NCBI GenBank assembly: GCA_030704615.1
Contig: CM060731.1
Span: 124,001 to 188,000, forward strand
Direction: 5' to 3'
Length of the DNA stretch: 64,000 nucleotides
DNA from: Takakia lepidozioides
Lineage: Eukaryota; Plantae; Bryophyta
This document shows positions 26,371 through 37,830 of the stretch, piece after piece. The number at the start of each line of letters is the position of its first letter. Within the stretch, counting starts at the first letter, position 1. A program made the translations under genes and the position numbers. The notes under the pieces were generated by a model that searched no databases, was not told the DNA's origin, and was given only the letters and a program-made list of their open reading frames with translations.

Positions 26371-26453
26371 AGCTGAATCCTCATGTATATCTTTGGCACC
26401 ACCTTACTCATTGTTGGCCTCAGGGTCCTCAGACACTCGGTCTACAGTCATCC

Positions 26454-27944
26454 CTATTGTAGGTCCAACCTGGCCTTCCGTTGCCAAGATACACAGAAAT
26501 GCCATCCGGGCACCATCTCCTCGTCTGTCTCACCATGCCACCGAGCTCCAGTATCATCCTGCTGGCTCGTGCATAGATTGCGACTCAACCCATCTACATC
26601 CCGATTGACCAAACCCGGTCGATGCACAACCTGAAAGTCATACTCTTGAAGGATGAGTGCCCACCGTGCAAGCTTCCCCGTAATCTTGTCTGACTCTATC
26701 AACCATTTGAGTGGTTGGTGATCCGTCACAAGGGTGAAGAGATTGCCGTATAGATAGCACCTGAAGTGTGCCACGGCCCACACTGCAGCTAAGCATTCTC
26801 CCTCATATGAGCTATACTTAGACTCTGCAGCGTTGTTCGAGCGGCTAGCATAAGCCACTACGAACTCTCTTCCCTCATCATCCACCTGTGTGAGCACCGC
26901 TCCAAGCCCCAGCATGCTCCAATCTGTATGCAGCTGAAAAGGAAGCCCCCTGATAGGTCGTCTCAAGATGGGCGCCGAGGTCAACCTCGCCTTGAGCTCT
27001 TGAAAAGCTTGTTCTTGCTCATCTTCCCACTGCCACTCCTGGTCCACCTTGGTCAGTTTGGTTAGAGCCTTTGCAATGGTACTAAATCCCTTAACAAACC
27101 GTCTATAATAGTTTGCTAACCCCATAAAAGCTCGAACTCGGCTCACATCCGTGGGGCGTGGAATTTGTGCAATGGACTCTACCTTAGTCTGCTGTACCCC
27201 CAATCTTCCAGGATATATCATGTGACCCAGATACTCAATTTGGTTGTGGAAAAACTTGCACTTCCCCGGATGTAACTTCAATCCGTGCGCCCTCAAGCGC
27301 TCAAATATCACCTAAAGGTGTCTCTCATGCTCCTCCACCATAGCACTAAAGATGATGATGTCATCTATGTAGCACCGAGCAAACTCCACCCCTACTAGAA
27401 TCTTGTCCATGACTCTCTGAAACTCTGCCGGAGCGTTCTTAAGCCCTAATGGTAAGAACCGCCACTGGTATAGGCCATCCTTCCCATGCTCATTGATCCC
27501 CCAGAATGTCGTCTTTTGCTTATCCGCCTCCTTGATTGGCAACTGGTGATATCCGGATCGTAAATCCAAAGTACTAAAGACCTTGGCATGCCCAATGGCA
27601 TCAAAGATCTCCTCTAGTGTCGGCATGGCATACCTATCGGACTTGGTCTAATGATTTACAAGCCAGTAATCACCGCACATACGTCTCTCCGTCCAATTGC
27701 CATAGACATCCTTCTTGGCTGGCATCACTCTGGCTGAAGCATATTCTCTCCCAGATAGCTCCACCAAACCAGCCTCCCAAAGGTCCTGAGTTCTCATCTG
27801 AATCAAGGACCTCTCCATGTCATTGTATCTATAGGGTCTCCGAAAGATTGGCGTGTTAGTAGCCAATTCAATGCGAATCTCTTGACCCTTCAGCGCTCCT
27901 AAGTCTTTCAAATTGAAGGCAAAGCAGTTCCTGTAAGCCCTCAA
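26454..27944 (-). pseudogene. Ty3/gypsy reverse transcriptase + RNase H (one frame, nonsense codons at 27648 and 27312)
   Basis: [100 protein letters not shown]. Confidence 0.95.
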
Positions 27945-28385
27945 GAACTGCCGTATACATCGTCTTTCTCCTCCGGTGACTATAGGTCCAACATCAGGCT
28001 CCCAGTTGTCCTCCGTGACTGCAACCTCGAGTCCAGCAGACTTAGAGGTAGAAGACGCGTCCCGTGGTTGCTATGCTGCAACCTCTTTAGCAATGACCAC
28101 TACCTCCTCTGTCAGTGACAATGTCTCATCCTGCCCCATCATCCCATCCTTGAGGACCTCCTCAACCCGAGAAAAATCCCCAACCTCATCCATCACGGCC
28201 GCCTTGGCTGCCAACTCTTTTTGAACCTCGAGCACCTCCCACGTGTGCCATGGATGCAGCCTGCACCTCGTAGTCCTCACCTGTTCGTCCCTACTTGCTG
28301 CCTGTACCGTCTCGGTAGGCAGGGAGACCATCAAGGGAAGTGTACTCCGTACTCTGCGCTGCTCAGCCATAGCCAAGCTGATAAT

Positions 28386-29330
28386 TCAGGTCAAGCAATT
28401 GAGATCCATTGCTTGCCCCAACACCTGACGACGTGATGCCTCAGAAAGAGATGGCACCGCCGTGGTACTAGTGATGAAACCCATTGCCCGCTCGTGCTCG
28501 TCAGCATTGGGCTCCACTAACTGCTGCAATTGGCTATCCCACAAGAGGCCAGGTGCACCATCCCGAAAAGTATGAGATCCTGGAAAGCTGAGCAGAGTAG
28601 GCAATGATGCTCGTGGGTGACCCACCTTATTGACCACTGCCAAAGGTGATCGGTCATCGTGTCTCACACGCTGAGACTGCCTCCCTATGTCCAAAATGCT
28701 ATCCACCGTCAGGTTTGGTGGCCGTTGCACCCTATCAAATGCATGTTTGAGCAATGCAGGTGGCATCAAGTTGGTCCACCATAGTCGTGGGCGATGAGCC
28801 CGTGACCCCACTGCAGCTGCATCCAACAACACTGCTGACCCAAGCCAAGACCGCATTTGATGTACATTGGCCATCACCTTGGCCCGAGAATCACCCATCA
28901 ATGGCACATTCTCCAAGATATATGTCGGAGAGTCTGTCTGCTGAAGCTGTAAATAGCGCAGGACCCTCAACATCTCCCAAAACAGGCGTGACCTTGAGTC
29001 TTGTAACCCTTTGCCATACCCAGCTGATGAAACCCCTTGGCAGGGCCAACCTGCCACTACTAAGTGAATAGGGCCAACCCGCTCCAAATCATGCGCCCCC
29101 AGCAAGGAGATGTCTGCTGGCAAGGCTTGTTGGTACCCACGAACTGCAGACACTGGCAACAAATCAGGGTACTGCTGCATCAACTGAGCAACATGGCGCA
29201 GTGAGATGAGTCGTGCAGTCTCATCCTTCTCCACATATAGGTAACGTCGAACTCGTACGGCTGCCTGCAGCACTGCAGCCAATCTAGTGCTAATCCCGCC
29301 AAACAAGTCCAGAAGACATATGCCTTCATC
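28386..29330 (-). pseudogene. DNMT3-like C5-cytosine DNA methyltransferase domain embedded in gypsy pol between protease and RT
   Basis: Ordered C5-MTase motifs: I LDLFGGI, II YLYVEKD, III ADI, IV LVVAGWPCQG, V SRLFWEM, VI YILENV, VIII AHRPRLWWTN, IX ERAMGF, X RRQVLGQAMD. Same reading frame as the protease upstream and the RT downstream. Confidence 0.93.
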
Positions 29331-29717
29331 CGGGCACTGCCACACAAGAGGTGTGGTGTCCAATGGTGACAACTGAGGTGGTCCTGGTGCAATCACCGCA
29401 CTCTCCTCCTCTCTTGATGGTACAAAGGCCTCTACCCAGGCTTGTTGCACCCGTTTATCAGCAGCCTGCTGCAAATCCTTGCTCGTACCCCACAATGGAG
29501 TGTGAGCAACCATGGCAGACAACTCCGCCGTACCATGCATGTCATCCTGCTCTGCTGGAGGTGGCACATCCTCTGCATGGGCATTGCCCTCCAGCAACTC
29601 TCCAGGCCAACTAACTGCAGCAGTGAAGGCTGCTAGTGTTGGCATCTTGCCCCGTTAGGCAGCAGCAACACCCCCCAAGAACGTCACAGGGAGCTGTACA
29701 CGACGACCATCCCCTGA

Positions 29718-30160
29718 CTACCATCCAGGCCTGTAGGATGCTGACTCCTCCCAAAAATCCAGGGTGGAGCCCATGGGATACAACACTGCCCCACCAACGA
29801 GAACATCGTAAAATACCGCGTCTGTCACAATGGCATTGGCTCGCATCACTGAGCCATCTATAAGATGATCCGGCTGTGGTCTAATGGCCAACTCACGTCG
29901 TGTCATGCCCCGAGCCTGCTCTGATCCTCCCAGAGATGTATGTATCTGGAAGGGACAAGGCTCCATATCCGCCTCCATGAGGCCCAAATCTGCAATAACG
30001 GCTTTGCCCAACATCAGTGGCTGAGCTCCCGAGTCCAACAAGACCCGCAGTGGCCGGTACTTCTTGCCTGCCGGTCCACTCAAAGAGAAAATGCCATCCT
30101 GATTGTCTAACAAGACAACTCCAGGTGTCACCATGGCGCGCTCAAAGGCTGTCGTAGCTG
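29718..30160 (-). pseudogene. Retroviral-type aspartic protease of the gypsy element
   Basis: RVLLDSGAQPLMLG catalytic motif and YDVLVGGAVL C-terminal motif. Confidence 0.88.
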
Positions 30161-32247
30161 GCAGCTGCAGCTTGCCATGGCGCAGCCGTGGCAGTCTTGA
30201 CCCTCAAATCTGAGGATCCCTCTGCCACTACACCTTCCACTAACTTCGCAGAAGATGAAGTGACCTCCCCACTCTCACAAAGTGTTGCTGCTAGTCTGAA
30301 CACTACAGCTAGTCTTATCCCCGGCATCGCAATCATGGTTGCCGAGAATAGTGGGGCCTGACACACAGAGGTGGCCGCCCCCAACAACACACTGGCTACA
30401 CTAGCCTTGGCAGCAGGTATCAGTGCTGCACGTGTAGCTCTTCCCAATGGCACAATAACCTCCGCCTCGGTATCCGTGGGGCGAGAATTAGGTGCCATGG
30501 ATGTCGTCGACACTGTCTCCGCCAAGATGAATGATTGAGACAACCTAGCGTGACGGCTTGTCTCCCCACATTGTGAATCCAACTCCACCTCTGCACCTCG
30601 TGGCTCAGGAACTCGTGTTGCTCCTCGAGTGATGGCTGCAGCAGACTCCACCTGCACTAGTGGTAATGCTGCCCCACACATAAATCCCATGTCTCCCATG
30701 TCTCCTCCGTCAGGATGACGCTGCTGAGGAGGAACAGGAGGTGGACCCTCAGGTTTTGGAGCTGGTACCACCTGAGCTGTGGCCATGGCAGCGAACCTTT
30801 GCTCTAACTGCTGAAGCCGGTTGGCCATACCTTGGTCAACGCCCTGACCTCCACGTCCTTGGCCATACTGTGCTTGCCCTTGTCATGCACCTTGTGCCTG
30901 AGCACCTCGTCCTCTCTGAGGCACTCCACCTCGCCCTCGGCCACCATTGTTCCCTTGGAACTGGCCTCGCCGCAACTCAGGGTGCAAGTCATAACATTGG
31001 GCATCTCCATGCCCATACTTGCCACAATGCCCACACTGCAACTGTGTAGGCTGTGCTTGTGCCGGCCCTTTGCCACTTTCTGGGCAATCTTTCTTGACAT
31101 GGGGTCCTCCACATGTCCAATATACCACCCCTGGTTGCTGTTGGCCTGCAAAAGAAGCTACTGGCCTCTGCACCTGAGGTCCCTTATAAGCTCCATGGAA
31201 TTTGGGTTGGGCAACCTTGCCCCCCTGACCACGCTGTTGGGCAGTCCCTTGTACTTGTTGGCTGGCAGCTGCGCCTCGTGCAGGCATGTCCTTGCCAAAT
31301 CCAATGGTAACAACTCGCTCTTTCACCATGTTGAGCTCAATCCGCTCAGCCAGCAAAAACACATCTGCTAATGTGGGTTGGGCCGCTTGTAACAGGGTTG
31401 CATCCCACACCCTTCTCCTGAGCTCCTTGTCCAAAATTCCATACCAGAACTGGACTGCCTGAGCTTCAGTAACCCCTTGGGTCACACTTATCAAGCGCCT
31501 TATACAAGTGTAGGCCTCTCGCAAGCTCTCACTGGATTTGCGCTGGAAGTCTTGCAAACTTCGCAGCTTCTCTGTCCGTACACCTTGGTTGTTCTTCCGC
31601 AACTCCTGGAAGAACTCCACCACCGGGTTGAATCTAGGCACATGTGTTGTAGTCGTGGCAGGAGGAGTAGTAGCACCTTTTGTACTGGTACCACCTGCAG
31701 AAGTACCGGCACTACTTGTTCCACTACTAGTGCTTGTAGTTGGAGATGTTTGTGTAGCTGCTGGTGTCACCGCTGCCCTTGTGCCTCTAGTGATTGAGAC
31801 ATAGTTAGGTGACCAATACTCTCGCCACTCCTCAATCTCCACCGCATGTCCCTGCCTAAATTCATGGTAATCATCCATGGAAGGCCCCTCAAGGTGCTGG
31901 AATAGCCCATTCCACGCCATAAAGGGCGTAAACAGTTGTGGATTGCGCATTTGCTGCAAATCACACCAACTGTCAAACTCTTGTATAAAGTCATCAAGCT
32001 CGATGGTGCCCATAACTCTAGAGTACCTACGTGGCCCCTTGGTAGCTCCATACATCTCCTCCATCGTGTCCCACAACAATGGCACGGAAATGACTTGCAC
32101 CCTCGGCGAGAATCCTCCTGACTCCGAGTCTGAACCTTCCTCAGAAGACACTGAAGGTGAAAGTGGCCTAAACCACACACCTCGTCTTGTGTACCCACTA
32201 GTATCGCTGGTGCTCGTACCAGCACTCCCCTCAGCAGCTGGTGGCAC
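30142..32247 (-). pseudogene. Gag of the gypsy element (capsid-like region + two zinc knuckles), one in-frame stop at 30883
   Basis: LRSLQDFQRKSSESLREAYTCIRRL...QAVQFWYGILDKELRRRV (MHR-like), knuckles WTCGGPHVKKDC and CGHCGKYGHGDAQC. The 30142-30828 ORF continues in the same frame. Confidence 0.85.
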
Positions 32248-32904
32248 CTCCGTGATGAAAACTCACAACCCAACCGGTTGTCAACCTGTCTCTAATCCCC
32301 ACTTTCTACAAGGTAACCGGGTAGAGAACCTGTTGCGGCTACTGGTTCAAGCAGGAATAATAGGTTTCTAACGTAGACCTATACTTGCACCTGCATCCAC
32401 CGCAAGCACTCATATGGTCTGCTGGTCATCAACCCAACCTCACCATAGAAGAAACACTGGTGGTCTTGCTGGTCATCACTCCAGCCTCACCACCGACAGC
32501 ATACTCTAGGATTGGCCGGTGATTAAATCCGGACCAACCTCCTATGAAAACAAGCGCCCACACAAAGCTAACATGGCGCACAGTCAAGCATGCAGGTGTG
32601 GAGGGGATCCAAACACAAGAAAATCAAGACAGCAACTCCCCCACACCAAAAACACTCCACAGTGTCGCTCCTGCAAGGACACCCCAGCCCAAACCCGGAC
32701 TGACTCTTGCCTCCACCTACGGAAAGGTTTTGGCCTACAAAAAGGGTGAAAGACTATGGAGAAGAGAAACTAAAGCAATTCCTAACCCCATAATGCTCTC
32801 ATCCCACCACTCTCCCTCATGTCTCTATCCACTCGCTTGTATGGCCGTGGCAAGTATCCTTCAATATCCCTCAATCAATCCTTCAAGAGCTCTTCAACAT
32901 TATC

Positions 32905-33040
32905 CACCAAAGCTCCTCGAAGGGTCCTCCAAGGACCCCAAAGATCCTCCAAACACTCCTCCAAGGACCCCAAGATCCTCCAAATACTCCTCCAAGGCCC
33001 TCAAATATCTTCCAAACAATCCTCCAAAGGCCCTTAAATT
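32905..33040. repeat. Tandem repeat, ~31-bp unit (CTCCTCCAAGGACCCCAAGATCCTCCAAA.A), ~4 copies
   Basis: Directly visible repeated units. Confidence 0.8.
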
Positions 33041-33059
33041 TCACTAAGTCCTTTCACTG

Positions 33060-33273
33060 TTGATACCTTAACAAAGGTATAGTCTGAAGTTGTTAGGGTC
33101 CCTTATGTTGATGATACCTTTACAGAGGTATAGTCTGAAAATGAGGGTTCTGTTTGGTATACTAACAGAGGTATAGTCTGAGCTGATTAGGATCCACATA
33201 TGGTGATACCTCAACAGAGGTATAGTAAAAGGGACAAGCTCCTGTTTGGTATACTAACAGAGGTATAGTCTGA
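33060..33273. repeat. Five ~26-bp repeats (GATACCT.AACAGAGGTATAGTCTGA) spaced ~45-51 bp apart
   Basis: Units at ~33062, 33113, 33158, 33204, 33249. Three units carry a perfect ATACCT/AGGTAT stem; the other two have ATACT. Confidence 0.85.
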
Positions 33274-35902
33274 GCATACACTACTACGGTTTGTAATGAA
33301 GAGCTAGAATGCAAGTCCTTGACTTCTATGCTTCTACTCAAGCAAAAATATGGTCTCTAGGTGGTCATAAGAGACATCTTCTTGCTCTCTTCCACCCCAA
33401 TGTGCAACCAAGAGTGGTCCAACTCAACTTGCAAGTCATTGTCCACCAAATCAATCCCCCTTCTAGTCCTTGGGATTTGATTGCAAATTACCATATCTCC
33501 ATTGCCGAGCAATCATGCATTTGTCTCCTCATCACTTGACAATTGCTCCAAATCAACACAAATTATCTCAATGTGTAGGAGCAATGCTTGTCACTTACAA
33601 TAATGCTCCCAAGCAATCCGCCTTGGATCCCGCTCTCACGCCATATGCCTCATTTGGGGTCTTGCACCAATCCATCATCCATGTGCTCCCCGTGGTCATT
33701 TGAATGCATGTTCCATGACCTCTTGGCCTATGTGTTGCTCTCCTTCATTATAACATGAATCAACACCTCTCCACTTCACACACAAATGGATCTCAAAGGC
33801 CTTCATCTCTTGCTAGTTCAAGAGCTCCCATTCTCAAACTTGAACTTACAAACTCAAGCAAGCATGCTCCACACATGCACCACTTGTTTGGTCAACTATC
33901 CACCACAAAGCTCGCACTACCAAGAGCATGAATAGCCAAGTATTGTCTCCCCCTCTTGTCACATTACATAGTTAGGGTGAAGCTATGCATACATTGAATG
34001 ATGATTTCCCTTCAAGGATTTCCCACCACATGTTCTCCAAGCCCTTCCAATGGCATCCTAAGCTTGGCTCCACACCACCATGATTGGAAGATTTCTTCAC
34101 ATGCTCCCTTTCAAAACCTCTTGAGCTTCTTAGTGCTCTCCAAGTGCTTGCCCTTGTTGTCTTCAAGCCCAAGCATATATAGCTCATTGGCTTCTCTTCC
34201 ATAACATCCACACTTTGAACTTGCTTAACCCTAGCTTGATAGTGAAATGAGCACTAACAAGTCTTTAGTCACTCTCCACAAGCCATGGTGCACACCATCG
34301 ACTCCATAATGCATACAAAGGATTCTCAAACCCTAGAATCCATGCTTCCACACACACAAGACTTCCTCCTTACAATCCTTGCAAAATCTTGTGACTCAAG
34401 AGCTTTCTTCTCAAGCTCTCCAACTCCTTGGTGCATGCAATACTCGAGCACTTTTCCTTGCAACCCCTTGCAAGCCTTGTGATACAAGAGCTAAATTCTC
34501 CTAGCTCTCAACCTCTTTAAAATACAAGTGCAAAACTAATCCTTACACTCCACACTCACAAGCATAATGTGATCTTCTTGTAGTGATAAGAGATGAGAAA
34601 TGAGAGAAGTAGAAGACAATGAAAGCTCTCAAAGCATGAAGCAATCACATGAAGAACAAGCCCTAGTCCTTCCAAGTGAAATCCACTCTATCACATAAAC
34701 TAAGTCAAGCCAAGGGCACCTTTGTTAAAGGAATCCACCCTACAAAGCCCTCAACACACTCCCTCTCAATACCTAGAGCTATGGAGGTGAGAGAAGCTCA
34801 TGGAGGCTCAACTACAAGAAGATGAGCATCCTCAACACTCATAATGGGAAAACCTATCTCCATGTCTCAAGTGAGGCTCGACACCTCACTTGGCATGTGA
34901 GACCAAATGAAGTCCCAACACACAAAATATAAATATAAATATAAATATCTAAAATGTCCTAGTTAACTAGAAGTAGGTAATTCTAGATAACCATGACTAA
35001 AACCATGACATTCTATTATCAAGAATCTAGGTGCAAACTTAGCACTCTTCTACGAGCATCAGGGATGCCTCGGCGTGAGCGCAGCAGTGCTCACGCCACG
35101 TCACCTTGAGCGAACGCCACGTCACCGGGCTCACTCCACGTCATCGAGCTTAAACGCCACGTCAACACGCGCCAAGTAAGAAGCAGGGTGTATTTCCGCG
35201 GAAGAGCACCCTCAACCGCGGAAACAAGTTGGACGAAATAATAAAAGGACGTGGTCATCCCCACCTGAAAACAACAGTTGAACGCAAAATGGATGAATGT
35301 AGAATGGATGAGAAATATATGGATGTGTGGGAACAATGCAAGCAAATGGATGAATGTGGGATGGATGTTGAATAATGGAAAACATTCTTGAATGGAGGAT
35401 GCATGAATACACAATAGATGAATGCACAATGGATATGACATGAGTGTGAGGGGTTTGTGGAATGGATTCATGAAGATTGACATTTGAATCCGAGTAGATT
35501 GTTTGATACATTTTCTTTTCTGCCGGAACAACTGCAATGAGGCAAGGGAATTCAATCATTTCCGAATAGGATATAAATAGAACATTAAAAATGCGAAGTT
35601 CAGTCTGACTCAGAGTCAGTATAATGTATCCCCGCGTCCTCTGCATCCAAGTCCAAGAATTTAAGAACTCCGGATCTACGATGGCTACTCCTGCGATTGG
35701 GCAATAAGAAGTCAGGGGATAGAGCATCGGCCATTTGAAGTGTCATTGCTTCGGCATAGACAAGAAGCACAAAAGTAGAAAGGGGACTGTAAAAAACAGT
35801 CTCGGCACAAATGGGGGTTTCTCCTGAAGATCCATCGTTGCCGTTCCTGCAAGCATGATAAAAGTTAATACTGCAAACTGGAATGACAATTCCATGGCCG
35901 AC

Positions 35903-37830
35903 TTACTCACATGAAAAGTCGTTGTCGATCTGCTTATCCTCGGTATCCTCATCATTTCTGATTTGAATTTGTTCAGTCTGTGTGCCAAATGTAGAGCCAG
36001 ACACAAGAGGGAGGAGGACACTCTTGAATAGTTCGGTGTCGCCCTCCATGCCAAAAAGGCTTCTCCCGCCAACCTTGCAAGCACGGTAAGTCGCACCTGC
36101 CAAGACAAAAAGCCTCAAGAAGGTTGTAGAGGATGCAAAATCGGATGCAAACTGGAAGACCTTGAAAATGGGAACAATATTGAACCAACGAACCTGTGGA
36201 TAGTGTGAGGTCGACCACCCTTGCAGAATGGTGGCTGCATGACTCCAAGAGTGTCTGCATGAACGCTAGGGTTCTCTCCCTTGCACCTCTCCATGGAAAC
36301 CCATCTGGTCTTTTGGTTGTCTGACTGGAGTGCATGAAATTGTAGAGCATGTCATCCACATGCGGTTCATATGGGGGGTTGATGAAACACCCCTGGTCGG
36401 AAATTCAAAGCTGCGAACGGAGGATGGTGTTTTGGAGGTGCGAATCCTCCTTAGGCAGATTGCCTCAAACATCCTTGTCTGGCAAAGATGCAAGGTAGGG
36501 GTGAGACATGGAAATATGAAAGGAATTATGGCGCAGGAAGGAACAGAACATGGACTGCAAATGAAAACTACAATGGAATGTATTTGTGATGATCGGTGCC
36601 GATCATCACAGATGGTGGTAGAGCAAGCCAGCAGAAACAACTGAAAAGACATTGGGAAACAATTCAGAGGAGGGCGGTGCCATACCAGCTGTCCAGGGCA
36701 ACCACCTTTCAGAAGGTACAGGATGTTCACACAATTCCATGTCCTCAGAATTTCAAACCCAGACGACTTCAGGTATGATGCCAGTCCCCTACGACTATCC
36801 TTGTCACATGACTGGGAGAGCAAAAGCGTTCCTGCATCTGAAAGGAAATTATTGCAGAACCCGAATACCCAACTCCAGTAGTTCTCATCGAATCTATTCC
36901 AGGATGGAGTCTTTCCCTTTGGAGGAACGTCGGGGACAGGTCGGCCGTCTGGGATGTCAAGGATGACCATGTCAGCGGCAAAGGTTTTTTGAACACCGCA
37001 TACGAATGAGGGACCAGTGCTCACCTGCAGCATACATGTACAATTTAAATACAAACAAAAATGAGGGTCCCAACAGAAACCAACATCTACATTGGCATTG
37101 ACAATTTCGAAAGTCCCATGTGAAGAGAAAGATTCTTACCATATTAAGAAATGAAATCATGTTATCCCAAGTCGGTGATGGCACCCCCGAGTAACCTTTT
37201 CTCCGAGTCTCCATCATCGCCATCCATCCCTCATTCACAATCTTGATCTGCTCTGCCAAGTCCGCACGGGAATGGTGTGGCTTGGCATCGAAAACGCATT
37301 CAATAGTGCGGGTGTACCTCCCAGCTGTCTCATCTTTCTCCTTGTCCTTGTCCTTGTCCTTCTCTTTCTCCTTTTCCTTCTCTTTCTTGTTCCCTTTCTC
37401 CTTCCCCTTCTCCTTCTCCTTGGACTTCTCTTTCTCCTTAGTCTTCCCAGGTGACTTGGCTACTAACTCCGGAGCCTTTGGATCTTTCACCTTGCGACCC
37501 CCCTTCCTGCCTTTCTGTGGAGTTATCTGCGCGTCTGGCTCATTGGCGGCCAATGAAGCTATGTTCCTCTGGTACTCTTCGTCGTTCAAAGGTGCCAGCG
37601 TCTCCGCATGGTTGTTCATATACTTATATGCTGCTCTTGAAATGTCGTGTGCTCTGGAGGGCAGTCGAGGTACCATCCACAGTCCCTGAAGTGGGCAGGA
37701 CTCCAATCCCTGAAGATACCAGCTGTGTACATGGTGGGATCGTTGGTAGGGTCGGACCACATGTCCAGGTAATCTGGGATTCCACTCAGGTGTTTTCCTT
37801 CCATCAGCACATATTTAGTGTACTTGCGGA
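35903..37830 (-). pseudogene. Intron-containing beta-class amino-(N6-adenine/N4-cytosine) DNA methyltransferase-like gene. Exons ~37830-37140, 37024-36686, 36478-36194, 36096-35903; two frameshifts
   Basis: Three GT-AG introns join in correct phase. Motif order is beta-class: ADMVILDIPDG (motif IV position), WNRFDENYWSWVFGFCNNFLSDAGTLLL, PWRGARERTLAFMQTLLESCSHHSARVVDLTLSTG|ATYRACKVGGRSLFGMEGDTELF (motifs X-I-II). A K/E-rich linker lies upstream. Confidence 0.72.

Larger units (their letters stand above)
32300..35010 (-). mobile_element. Probable leader and 5' LTR-related sequence of the DNMT-gypsy (or an adjacent related LTR)
   Basis: Non-coding, CpG-poor and contains tandem repeats. 34861-35010 matches 17451-17592 within the 3' LTR remnant and begins TGTCATGG on the minus strand. 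No convincing PBS found, so the boundaries are uncertain. Confidence 0.45.

Noticed and set aside
28386-29645. Host DNMT3/DRM gene
   Set aside because: Intronless, in frame with protease and RT, and lacks host regulatory domains; it is part of the retrotransposon.
32500-32560. Primer-binding site of the DNMT-gypsy
   Set aside because: TGGTCCGG is present on the minus strand, but I cannot match it to a tRNA 3' end or to a clear LTR CA terminus.
33060-33273. CRISPR array
   Set aside because: Eukaryotic TE context, no cas genes, only five units, and the spacers are short and related to each other in an alternating pattern. Treated as an LTR/leader tandem repeat.
36365-36385. NPPY tetrapeptide as the catalytic motif IV of the amino-MTase-like gene
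   Set aside because: It reads INPPY in the post-frameshift frame but lies in the variable region, not after the first beta-strand. DIPD occupies the canonical position. Not claimed without an alignment.
37243-37689. 148-aa F/S-rich plus-strand ORF that looks membrane-like
   Set aside because: Antisense of the K/E-rich linker in the MTase-like gene.
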